Assembly: GCA_051362555.1 (NCBI GenBank)
Contig: CM120645.1
Location: forward strand, 2,976,001 to 3,040,000
Reading direction: 5' to 3'
From: Lingula anatina
Lineage: Eukaryota; Animalia; Brachiopoda
Length of the DNA stretch: 64,000 nt
Under the pieces are notes generated by a model. It was not told where the DNA came from. It worked only from the letters and a program-made list of their open reading frames with translations, and ran no database searches. The position numbers were made by a program, and so were the translations under genes. Shown in pieces: positions 11,273 through 22,531 of the stretch; the stretch's first letter is position 1; every line of letters begins with the position of its first letter.

Positions 11273-14065
11273 TCATGACTCGTTGATATTCGTGGACTTA
11301 CGGCTGACGGAGCAAGTCGTGAACTTGTCCACGGCGTTGTCTGTGATGTTGATGTTCAGGTTGCTTACTTTCTTCTCCGTGACTTGCGCACGTGGCAGGT
11401 TAAGAGAAATGGTGTTATCTGTAGAAAATATATAGAAAATGTTAAACACAGCAATTAAATTCGCCAAAATCATTTGCAAAAAAACTTATTTTGATACAAA
11501 ACTATGGCAACGGGAACAATAAGATTAAAACTGATTTTATTTTATTTTATTTTATTTTATTATTTTTATGGATTTCATGAGATTTTTAGCAAAATATACC
11601 AACTGGAATGGAAATCAGGTAATTTTGTGATTTTTTACCTGCTTTATATTCCATGTATGTTTTTTCCTGGTTTGTATTCTTGTTAGATGCTTTCTTCGTT
11701 ACGGACCGACAGAATTTGCCCTTGGCTTTACTCAACATTTTCTTGGCTTTCACCAGAAAAGAACCTGAAAATAAATTGAAACAATGTAAATATATAAATC
11801 ATACTGGCTACGTTACAGTGTCACTTCGATGACGCAACTTAAACTTTTAAGCACCCCGCACACGGTAAGCAATTGGCGCGCGCCACTTGCGCTGAGCAAG
11901 ATGCTCGGGCTCCTCAGCTCCCCGCAAACGCTGCGCTCTTTGCTCAGCAGAGGTGCCTCCCGGCCTGCCCCTAGCGGACGCACTGTGAACTGTGGGATCA
12001 CGTGTTTAAGGAAACATTACATATTGTTGTTTTTTCTGATAGTAATGGATAATGGTGACCACGTTAATCAATCAGACTAACTATAACTGTGTACATTTTT
12101 GTTGACTTCGCTGGGGGCTGCCATTTTTGTTTGTTTCCGGCTACTGGCACATGCGCATTGTTAGCATGGTGTGAGCAATCGGCGCTTGCACCCCGCACAC
12201 GCTGAGACATTTGCCTCAGGAGACCAAAAAAATCAAACACGTGAGAAATTTTGCTCAGCCGCGCGAGAGGCAAAAATCTCACCAAAATATCCCCGCACAC
12301 GATGAGAAAACGGCGCAGCGCAAGTGGCGCGCGCCAAATGCTCACCGTGTGCGGGCCCCTTTAGATTACTTTAAGTAGAGCGTCTAATATCAAAAAGGCT
12401 ATTTTTTTCTTTTTTTTTTTTTCTTTTTTTTGACATTGGAAGGCGGGTTCAAGACAGAATCAAACAGCGACACAGACATGCATTGATTATATTAAAAGCA
12501 TGAAATATATTATAAATTAAATTTTACCTTTACCTTTCTTTTTGTCATCTTTCACATCTGAGAGAGAAAATCCATTTTGACGTGGTAATGCAGTCGGCCT
12601 ACTGATCACCTGAAACAAATGAAAATAATACTTTATGTACGGTTCTCGATAACTGCCATTGTTCGCTTGTCGAATATCAGAATAACAACCCTTGGTTTTT
12701 CATAACAAGACGCTTTTCATTAATGGCCATCGTATTTAGGCCTACTAAAAAGGTGTAATGCTACATGTTTAAAAAATATATTGTCCAAACGATATTTTTT
12801 AGTATCAATGGACATTAAGTATCCCAGCGACATTATAAATATTTCAAGCTGCATTCGCGTAAACGAGTAGATTAATAAATCCATTAGTAAATTTGTGACC
12901 AAAAATCACCCAACTCACCATATTAACTGTGTTGCCGCATTCCTTCAGTACTTGGATAGCTGTAGACTGGTCAACACCGTCGAAGGAATGGCCATTCACA
13001 CTCAACACGCGGTCATTCAATCTAACAGAAAGAGAAATAGGATAGATTAATTAATTTACCAAATTAACAGGAATTCACTAAGGATACCCGAAGGAAGAGC
13101 ATAAAAATACATTAGTGAATGAATTGCAAATAACAACTAAAAAAACACCTGAAATATGTGCAATAAGAAAACATTGTGTAACAGGGGATTTATAGTACTA
13201 AAATTTGTACTAATAGACTATAAAACATGAACTCTTACTTACTGTAACTTTCCTTGAGCTGGTCCAATCTTGATGACATCAGAGACAATAATGGACGTAG
13301 TAGCATAACATAAACTGTCAACAACACCACTCACGGCTATACCAAAACCCACAACTGGAACCTAAACAAACGAAATGGATTTATTAATTTTCTAAATATA
13401 TCCCTTGCTAATCAAAGAAAAGAAATCGTGACATTTGATGAACCTCGTGACGTCTGATAACACCGGACGCCCTGGAAAAAGACCATTATTTATTACGATG
13501 GGAAACCGAAACAGGTTATAGTGCCGGTAAAAAGAATGGCCTTATTCTCACTAATACATCACTAATTTCATATTTAGGAACAGTTATACACATTTAAAAT
13601 TCCTTGTCAGTCACTCGCCACTGCATCAACTCCACTGCGGTCGTGTAATATGTAGTAAAATAAAACGGGGGAAAATATTGCAGGAAAAAGTGGAAATTAA
13701 GTCAGCTTACGCGTAAACTCACCTTTCTTATCTGCACACAACGCACCTCACACACTTCTTCCACCTTAAAAAATTAGAAAAAAGATTGATTATTACATCA
13801 CTTAACATTGAACACTGCGTACATGCTTAAATCCAATTTAATAAAACCGAGTAATAAGCTCGAGCTGAATGCGTTGCTATATATATTTTCAAACAAAATT
13901 CGAAGTTAACAAATATTTAATGCCATTTTTTATTATTTCACTAGGTTGAAATGCACATGATCAAGGTCGGGACGATTTCTTGTTAGTTATTAAGATCAAT
14001 GTCATTTGAACATATTTTACCTGCTTCTTAGCTTCTCCAACAACGTTACACATCTTCAACTTCAT
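11273..14065 (-). CDS. Single-PDZ (ZO-1/TJP1 PDZ1-like) small protein, paralog 1, 220 aa; exons 14021-14065, 13723-13764, 13243-13361, 12919-13021, 12528-12609, 11639-11764, 11273-11418
   Basis: All junctions are GT-AG and in frame (663 nt): [107 protein letters not shown]...[26 protein letters not shown]...[16 protein letters not shown]. The GFGIAVSG / [13 protein letters not shown] / NDRVLSVNG pattern resembles ZO-1 PDZ1. Confidence 0.88.
11850..12360. mobile_element. PIF/Harbinger-like MITE (511 bp) in intron 5 of PDZ paralog 1
   Basis: Left TIR AGCACCCCGCACACGGTAAGCAATTGGCGCGCGCCACTTGCGCTG vs right-end reverse complement AGGGGCCCGCACACGGTGAGCATTTGGCGCGCGCCACTTGCGCTG. TTA target-site duplication. 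Absent from paralogs 2 and 3. Confidence 0.85.
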
Positions 14066-14099
14066 CTTTTCGCTTTGAGTAAATTTGTATAAACACTGA

Positions 14100-14380
14100 A
14101 CAACTAGACTGCATACAAGTATGACAGAATGTGAACTGATTGCAGATGGTTGACCACGCGTGCTATTTATACCTTGATTCCTCCAGATCATGCATGCTTG
14201 TTGAGGCACGTGCCGAGACAGCCAATCAGATAACAGGTTACTGGACGGCTGAGCGCGTGCCGTGTGAGATCAACCTTAACAACATAATTAGTGCATGCGC
14301 AGTAAATCCAGGTAGCCTTTAGAATTACCTGGTCAATTAGGTGAAGCCAATAGATAAAGGATAAGCGTACCAAGGCGAGT
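14100..14380 (-). promoter_or_regulatory. Promoter of PDZ paralog 1 (Inr-like TCAGTT, TATA box, CCAAT boxes, CACGTG/CACGCG sites)
   Basis: TATAAATA at 14164-14171 (minus) lies ~30-34 nt upstream of TCAGTT at 14134-14139. GGCACGTGCC, AGCCAATCAG and AGCCAATAG are present. Near-identical in all three paralogs. Confidence 0.78.
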
Positions 14381-14824
14381 AGTTATTATTATCATTAATT
14401 ATCACTCCCTAACTCAACTGTAATTATTTTGTACCAAAACGATTTAGTTTTATGTCATATTCTCTGCTTTCCTCTTTTAAGAGTTTTCAATACTTTAAAT
14501 ATTCCATATTTATTGTGCTCTATTTTTAAATGTTAATTGTTTTGAACAGCAGTGGCTGCTATATTTAGTGAATGGCTTATGTACGCAGTGGCAATTGGCC
14601 AAATAAAAAGGACTCACAAGAAAAAAATTCACAAGAAAGTCAGTAACGTCTTCGTTTTCCTGTTTTAGACAACGCTAGCAGAAAGACTTTTTGAAATTGC
14701 CTGTCATAATAAGAAGAGACAGAACAAGATTAACGGTTCCCCCTGTTCCTCACCCCACACTCCTCTTTATTGTCCTCAGGCGATGATCGTAAATATTCTC
14801 CGGAGAAGAAAAAGACTAAAATAG

Positions 14825-14896
14825 GGGCTCGTCCGGGAGTTGAACCCGGGACCTCTCGCACCCAAAGCGAGAATCATACCCCTAGACCAACGAGCC
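14825..14896 (-). tRNA. tRNA-Pro (TGG)
   Basis: Same 72-nt body as the other copies, but the anticodon arm reads CTCGCTTTGGGTGCGAG. Confidence 0.97.
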
Positions 14897-15450
14897 GTAC
14901 CTTCAATATCTGCTGAATAAAAACAATTTATTGGTAACCGAAGTAAAAAAATGTCAATCAAATGACATATTTAACTATCAACTATATGGTTCTGTTGTAA
15001 TTTTAAGAAAACACGAACTTTTTGGCAGCAAACTAGCTTCAGAGTCTCCTCTCAATTGATGCACAAATAAGTGTACGCTAAGGCAAAAGACTAAATAAGG
15101 AATGGAATTGTGAAAAAGTGCCTCAAATAACGCCCTCAACGTACTTCATAAATATCTCACATCCAGTCATTGCTACCGTTTGTTAATATCCACAGCAGTG
15201 GCGTCTTCGTATGCTCTGCTTTAGACATATGACGTTCAATGGGCGTCAAGCAAAATAATGACTAAAAAAAAAAAAAGAAAAAAAAAAAAAAAACCACTTG
15301 CACAAAGACTCTTTGGTGACATTGCTCTAAATAAGAGGAGAAATGTACAGGAATAACAGGGTTTTTACTTTTCTGAATGTTCACGCGCTTTCGTCTAATT
15401 TGCCCTCTTCAAACGGTTGAAATATTTTTAAACAAGGAAAAGATAAAGCA

Positions 15451-15473
15451 GGGCTCGTCTGGGAGTCGAAACC
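15451..15473 (-). pseudogene. tRNA-Pro 3' remnant
   Basis: GGGCTCGTCTGGGAGTCGAAACC is a mutated acceptor/T-arm end. Its flank is homologous to the flanks of the intact copies. Confidence 0.65.
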
Positions 15474-15488
15474 TGTGTTATGGACAAC

Positions 15489-15685
15489 AGCGCGTGCCGT
15501 GTTAGATCAACAATTACAGCTTAATTAGTGCACGCGCAGTAAATCCAGGTAACCTTTAGAATTACCTGGTCAATCAGGGGAAGCCAATAGATAAAGGATA
15601 AGCGTACCTGGGCGAGATGATATTATCAGTAATTTCCTGTCATTAAATTTCACAGTTTGGACGACAATTATGTTGTCAGTTTTTA
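15489..15685. repeat. Orphan copy of the distal promoter module (no TATA, no exons)
   Basis: AGCGCGTGCCGTG...GTGCACGCGCAGTAAATCCAGGTAACCTTTAGAATTACCTGGTCAATCAG...GCCAATAGATAAAGGATAAGCGTACC matches 14250-14372. Confidence 0.85.
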
Positions 15686-16120
15686 CTAAGTACGATCTAT
15701 TATTTTTTTTTTTGTTTTTGTCATCTTTAATCTACAATACTTAAATATTTCAAATGTTTTTCTATATTCCATATTCATATGCTCATTTTTATGTACGCAT
15801 ATGCAGTAGCTACAGTGTTTTGTGAATGGGTAATGCGGAGGTAGATAACAAATACATTAATGAATGTTGTTAATTAGACACCATCTTTCTGTTACGTATC
15901 AAGTTGCTTATTAGAAAAGGGACAGTAAGCTTTTCTTGACAAACAATATTTATTTAATAAGTCTAGTAATATGTTGCAAAACACAGGAAGGAAAATCGTA
16001 AAACAAAGTTTCAACTTCTCCATAGTGTCTCAATGTAAACTAAATTATCACTCCACAGTCTCCATGGTTTCCAGTTTTTGCTACCACCCATAATTTTTTC
16101 GAAGAAGAAGAAAACGAACA

Positions 16121-16192
16121 GGGCTCGTCCGGGAGTTGAACCCGGGACCTCTCGCACCCTAAGCGAGAATCATACCCCTAGACCAACGAGCC
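16121..16192 (-). tRNA. tRNA-Pro (AGG)
   Basis: Identical to the 9347-9418 copy. Confidence 0.97.
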
Positions 16193-17859
16193 ACACATCC
16201 CTATCTCAAAATTTCAAAGAATCACGTTTTAATTTCAAATTACCGTCCATGATATACCTTGAGGAAATTTTAAAAGGTTTAAGATAAAAGCTTATAAAAT
16301 GACAGATTAGTCTAACCTATTCGTATCCTTTTCGTTTCTGTTTGCTGTACTAGTTTTTATTAAATAACTTGGGAAATAAATTATTTAGACCTGATATTTC
16401 AAAAGCTTGTGTAAGGTTCTTTAGGAATTGTTCGTCTTGAATGTCACAGCTGGGAAAGATAAGTTGATACTCAGGAGCTTTTTGATATTAACTAGATGCG
16501 ACTTTCTGACATTTTTAAACGCGTATATACTGTTGTCCGTAGCCACATTAAAAAGGCGATTTAATTTTCAAATTATTAATATTCAGGTAACTGAGAAAAA
16601 ATTCCATATTATTTCTGTCGAGAATAAAATGTTTAGCAGAAAGCTTGCAGAACTTGACATGTCGTTCTTGTCTAATAATTTTAGTCCTCTATTCATATAC
16701 TTAAGACAAAAACAAATTTTCCTTCTTACGAATCAGTGTTAAATTTTGTGATTTCAGTTCTAAGTTCCAAGCAAATCATGGTTTAATAAGACCGCCCTAG
16801 ACACTGGCATTCTAAAGTAGATCTAAAGTAGATATAAGTAACTGAGCAATTTCACCCCACCCCATTTCATTCAAAACAATATACTATGGTTTATAAAATA
16901 ACAATTTATTTACATTCACATAAAATATTAACAATTTATTTACATAAACAAACTTAACAATATTGACAGGACGATGTTGGCATTAATCAAACACAATAAT
17001 CTTATTGTAGATTAATTACTGCGTCGGTAATTCAGTTGACAAACAGCTGTCAGTCAGCAATATATTGGTGTCTTTATAATCCACGAGTTAGGGTTAATAT
17101 TGGTTTTATCTTTGAAAGTAAATTGTCACTAGCGCATCCAGAAATTCGCAAAAGAATATTCTTCACAATTTTCCCGGCATCTTTAAACATTTGAAACAGT
17201 TGACTTGATCGTGTCTCCTATATTGCTGGTCCCACCAAGGAGGAAGAAATAACCCCGCCGTGCCACTGCTTAGATCAGCTGTTGACTAAAGACTCTCAGT
17301 TATATAGGCCCACACAAATTATTGTCACAAACATTGTTCAAAACCAATTCAATTCTCTGTCTAAAAAAAGCTTTACAACACAACCGAGACAAAAAACTCT
17401 ACAACCGATGGCGCTGTGGATACTTGCTCACATCCGGTAGTAGTACATCTTCACTTGTGGAGCTGAAGGAGAGAGAAATATACATAAGATTTACTGTGCT
17501 ACGATTATTTGTATCCTAGGGCAAGCGCAATTAACTAGTCCTTTTGCGTATAATGTAACTTTCTTGTATAATAATACTTAAAATTTAATGACAGAAATTA
17601 GAAATGACTAGAAATTAAACGATATCCAATAATGAAATTTAATTTGAATGATAGTACATTGACACCTTTGATTTGTAATAAGAATTTGCATAATGAAAAT
17701 ATCGCATCGTTACATCTCAAATGTAGAATACTTACATTTCAGTGTGTCTATTGTAGCTTTCGTTTGGCGCCATCTAGTGGGTCTGTAATGGTAACGTCTT
17801 ACACAGCGAGATGCCCCCTAGTGACGTTAAGGTGTGATTCCTCGCCAATCTACACGTGA

Positions 17860-20098
17860 TCATAACTCGTTGACGTTCGTGGTCTTACGGCTGACGGAGC
17901 AAGTCGTAAACTTGTCCACGGCGTTGTCTGTGATGTTGATGTTCAGGTTGCTTATTTTCTTCTCCATAGCTGGGGCACGTGACTGGTTAAGAGAGATGGT
18001 GGTATCTGTAGAAAATATAAGGAAAATATAAGACACCGGACCACGATTCAAATCCCCAAAACAACAAATATTTGTAATAAATTAAAAATAAAAGAATGCA
18101 ATCGGATACAAAACTATGGTAACAGGAATAATTTGGTCGTGCGTAAATATGTAATGTATTCTTACTGCTGTGAGTAGTCACTGGATTACATGGGATTTAT
18201 AGCAAAACTATATGGTATTTATGTGTTTTGTAAAATTATGTAATTCCTTACCCGCTTTCACATATTCCATATCCGTTTTAACCTGGTTTGTGTTCTTGGT
18301 AGATGCTTTCATTGTTACAGATCCACAGAATTTGGCTTTGCTCAGCATTTTCTTGACTTTCACCAGAAAAGAACCTAAAATAAATTAAAATAAGTAAATC
18401 ATACTTACTACGTTACACCAGAACACACTGGCACAATTACCATACCGTCAGGCGACTATGAGGAGAGGTGTATGAGGAGCCTTACACCAAAAAGCCCTTA
18501 TAAACAAACTATTCTCATACTAGTTAGTGCATTCAAATCCTACCTTTTCCTTTCTTTTTGTCATCTTTCACACCAGAGGGAAACAATCCATGCGGTGATG
18601 CAGTCCGCCTGCTAATCACCTGAAATAAACGAAAATATCGAATCATGATAGGATAACGATATGTTCTTGTCACTTTTACCATCATTGTGCGTTTGTCGAA
18701 CTAACTAAAACAACACACAGTGACCATTGCTATCAAAACAAAATTTATAAGCTTACCAAAGCGCGATTTTGTTAAGACATACAATTTCCAAACGAGTATT
18801 CCAGCTTGCTACATTTTGTAAACTTTCAGCAGCATTTGTGTTGGCAAGTAGATGGAAAAATATCTTCGTAAATTTATGATCTAAATACACCTCACTCACC
18901 ATATTAACTGTGTTGCCGCACTCCTTCAGTACTTGAATAGCTGTAGACTGGTCAACGCCGTCGAAGGAATGGCCATTCACACTCAACACGCGGTCATTCA
19001 ATCTAGCAGAAAGAGAAATAGGAACTCACATAAAAACATGTGACATGATACTCTAAGAAAGAGCATGAAAATGCTTGATGATTTGTGAATGTATGTATAC
19101 ATAAATATTATTGAAAAAATATGAAATTTGTGCGCTAAGAAGAAAACAGTATGTAACAAGGGTACTTTGACTTATTCTAAAATTTGGACTAAAATGTGTC
19201 TTAAATAACTATAACCTTTTCTCAGTTATGATATTGATAACACCTATACTTTAATTAATACTAAAATATACTTACCGTAACTTTCCCTCAGCTGGTCCGA
19301 TCTTGATGACATCAGAGACAATAATGGACGTAGAAGCATTACATGAACTGTCAACAACACCACTCACGGCTATACCAAAACCCACCACTGGAACCTAAAC
19401 AAACGAAACGAAATTTATTAATTTTTTTCCTTGCACACGAAAACGTGACATTGATAATAAATTGCGTCACTGGACTCCGATTTCATCTAAAATATGATCA
19501 CAAGGGAAGAGCATTAACTACTACGATGCGAAACTGAAACAGGTAATAGTGTGACTATCGTTATTGGTTGCTTGGGCTTTACCAGCTTTACATGGTCATA
19601 TTCTCCCAGTGTCACTAATCTCATATTCAGAAACAATTAAACAGAATTTTTATTTTAATTATTTGTGTCCCCACTGCAGTCGTGAAATGTGTTGAATAAT
19701 AAACAGGGCATCGTCAAAACTAATCCTCCTTTAATAGAAATCTACTAGACAATGTATAGGGTGCATAAACTCACCTTTCTCAACTGCACACAATGCAACT
19801 CACACACTTCTTCTTCCACCTTAAAAAATGAATAAAAATTGATCACTACATCATTTAATGCGGAACACTTCATACCAACAGCGAATAAGATTAAATCAAG
19901 TAATAAAATCAGGATTAATGCCCATATTTATTTAATACAACGTTCCCAAATACAACAATTAATGGTGAAAAGTTTTTATTTTGACAATTCCTGCGACATA
20001 TGGACAAGTAGCTGTCACCATGAAAAATGTCAGGGTAGAATATCATATTTTACCTGCTTCTTTGCTTCTCCAACAACGTTACACATCTTCAACTTCAT
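17860..20098 (-). CDS. Single-PDZ (ZO-1 PDZ1-like) small protein, paralog 2, 218 aa; exons 20054-20098, 19775-19819, 19276-19394, 18900-19002, 18544-18619, 18252-18374, 17860-18005
   Basis: In-frame GT-AG model of 657 nt. Exon length differences from paralog 1 are multiples of 3. Ends ...[16 protein letters not shown]. Confidence 0.88.
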
Positions 20099-20134
20099 CT
20101 TTTTCTCTTTGACTAAATTTCTATCACTAGTGAA

Positions 20135-20430
20135 CGACAAGACTGCATACAAGTATGACAGAATGTGAACTGACTGCAGATGGTTGACCACGCGTGCTAT
20201 TTATACCTTGATTCCTCCAGATCATGCTTGTTGAGGCACGTGCCGAGACAGCCAATCAGATAACAGGTTACTGGACGGCTGAGCGCGTGCCGTGTGAGAA
20301 CAACCATAACAACATAATTAGTGCACGCGCAGTAAATCCAGGTAACCTTTAGAATTACCTGGTCAATCAAGTGAAGCCAATAGATAAAGGATAAGCGTAC
20401 CTGGGAGAGATGATATTATCAGTAATTATT
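20135..20430 (-). promoter_or_regulatory. Promoter of PDZ paralog 2
   Basis: TATAAATA at 20198-20205 (minus), with the same motif array as paralog 1. Confidence 0.78.
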
Positions 20431-20880
20431 TCGTTAATTATGTTGTTAGTTACTGTTAATAGTCTCGAAACGATTTAGTTTTTCTTTCTTTTTCTTATTT
20501 ATTCCTTTACTCTATTTTACTTTTTAATACTTTCAGTTCCAATTTTTATTATGTTATTTTTTACATATATTTATTTTTGAAACATATGCTTGTGCAGGAA
20601 CAGCAGTGGCAAATATACTCCACAAACGGGTAATGCATGCAGAGGGAAGTGGCAAAATAAACAGCGCCAGAAAGACAGTTACGTCTCCGTTTGCTCTGAT
20701 TGACTCAAATAAAGAAAAACGGGCTTTAAGAAAAATTATAACTTGCGCAAAGACCTTTGAGATAACCTGTCATAAATGAGAAGAGAAATCACAAGATTGA
20801 AGGATTTCCCTTTCCCCTGAATGATAACCCTACCGTCCTTTTTGCCCTTTGGTGATGAAAAAGAGAAACAAAGAACAACA

Positions 20881-20952
20881 GGGCTCGTCCGGGAGTTGAA
20901 CCCGGGACCTCTCGCACCCTAAGCGAGAATCATACCCCTAGACCAACGAGCC
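20881..20952 (-). tRNA. tRNA-Pro (AGG)
   Basis: Identical to the 9347-9418 copy. Confidence 0.97.
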
Positions 20953-21655
20953 ACTTTGTTACCCAAGTAAAAGGCCTATAAAAAAAACAAATGAAAATTG
21001 TTTAAAAATGTACTTCAATAAAATACTATAAATGTCTCAAATGAAGTCACTGCCATCGCTCCTTAATAATCAGTGACGTCTATGTATGCTGTGCTTTTTA
21101 AAAATGAAAATAAAATGGGCGTTAGGAAAATTAATGATTTGCTCAAAGGGTGGTGAGGTTGCCTGTCGTAAATAAGAGGAGAAATGTACAAGAACAATAG
21201 ACTTCCCTTTTTCCTGAATGTGGACGCGCTTTCTTCTAATTTGCACTCTTCAAACGGTGGCAATATTCTTCAAACAAGAAAGTAAAATCAACAGGGCTCA
21301 GTGAAAGATATGGGGGGGGGGGGGGGGGGGGTCCTGACCCCTCTTCGATTCTGAATAAAATGACACCAATGGTCCCTTCTTGAAATTAGAATTTTGACTA
21401 ATAATAATGATAATATTTATTTCTTAAAAACCACACTGCACTACCGTCTTAGTGCTGTTTACAAATAAAATTTCCAAATTACAAGTAATTATATAAATAA
21501 GAAAAGCTGAAGTGAATAAAACAATTAAAATGATAAATGCTGGTTATAATAGAAACAGCCTAAAAAATGAAACTTTTTCTGATAAAATGAGAAAATATAT
21601 AATTTCAAGTATTAAATTTTAAATTAAACAAACAAAGTAGCTGAATCATAGTTGC

Positions 21656-21875
21656 ACGACTGAGCGCGTGCCGTGTGAGACCAACTGTACCAATATAACT
21701 AGAGCACGCGCAGTAAATCCAGGTAGCCTAGGTATTACCTGGTCAATCAAGTGAAGCCAATAGATAAGCGTACCTGGGAGAGATGATATTATCAGTAATT
21801 ATTCACAGTTTGGACGGCAATTATGTTGTCACTTTCTGCTAAGACCCAGTACGGTCTATTTATTTATTTATTTAT
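21656..21875. repeat. Orphan copy of the distal promoter module
   Basis: GACTGAGCGCGTGCCGTGTGAGA...GCACGCGCAGTAAATCCAGGTAG...TTACCTGGTCAATCAAGTGAAGCCAATAGATAAGCGTACCTGGGAGAGATGATATTATCAG. Confidence 0.85.
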
Positions 21876-22004
21876 TTATTTTTGTCATCTTTTCCGTAAC
21901 TTATGGAAAAGTTTAAATTTTAAATACTCCATGTTTTTTAATGTTCAGTAGACATATCTGTGAATATCTAGTAAAAATCATTCTGTGGTCCTGGTTGGGG
22001 GGTA

Positions 22005-22022
22005 TCCCTAGACCAACTAGCC
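22005..22022 (-). pseudogene. tRNA-Pro 5' remnant
   Basis: CCCTAGACCAACTAGCC matches the 5' end of tRNA-Pro with one mismatch. Very short. Confidence 0.5.
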
Positions 22023-22459
22023 ACGTGTACGGGTTTTTGTGATGAATAATTTCAACATTTTTAAATGAATTCCAAATGGTGAACATAACCAGACGTATTG
22101 TAAATGGCTAATGCACGCAGAGGCAAATGAAAAAATTAATAAATATTGTTTATTAACCATCGTATCACTGTTAATTCTGGCAAGAAGATAAATGGAAAAA
22201 ATACCTATCGTTCATAACTTAGAGATCAGAAGTAAGTTGATAGGAGGAATGAGAAGAAATTTCAAAACAAATTAGCTGCTCAGTATAAAAATCGGTGTGA
22301 TAAGAAATTGTGACTTGCACTTACATATGTTGTTTTGTCTGTCCTACGACAGAGGAGAATAGAAAAAGATCAGTTCACTCCCCGCTGAATGCTAACCCAA
22401 CCTCCTCTTATTTGTCTTCTAGAAGCGGTCTTGAATACTATTCGAAGAAAAATCTAACA

Positions 22460-22531
22460 GGGCTCGTCCGGGAGTTGAACCCGGGACCTCTCGCACCCTA
22501 AGCGAGAATCATACCCCTAGACCAACGAGCC
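22460..22531 (-). tRNA. tRNA-Pro (AGG)
   Basis: Identical to the 9347-9418 copy. Confidence 0.97.

Noticed and set aside
9347-22531. Identical 72-bp repeats as a CRISPR array or tRNA-derived SINEs
   Set aside because: Eukaryotic context and kb-scale spacing. The repeats are complete canonical tRNA-Pro genes with T-run terminators and no SINE tail or target-site duplication.
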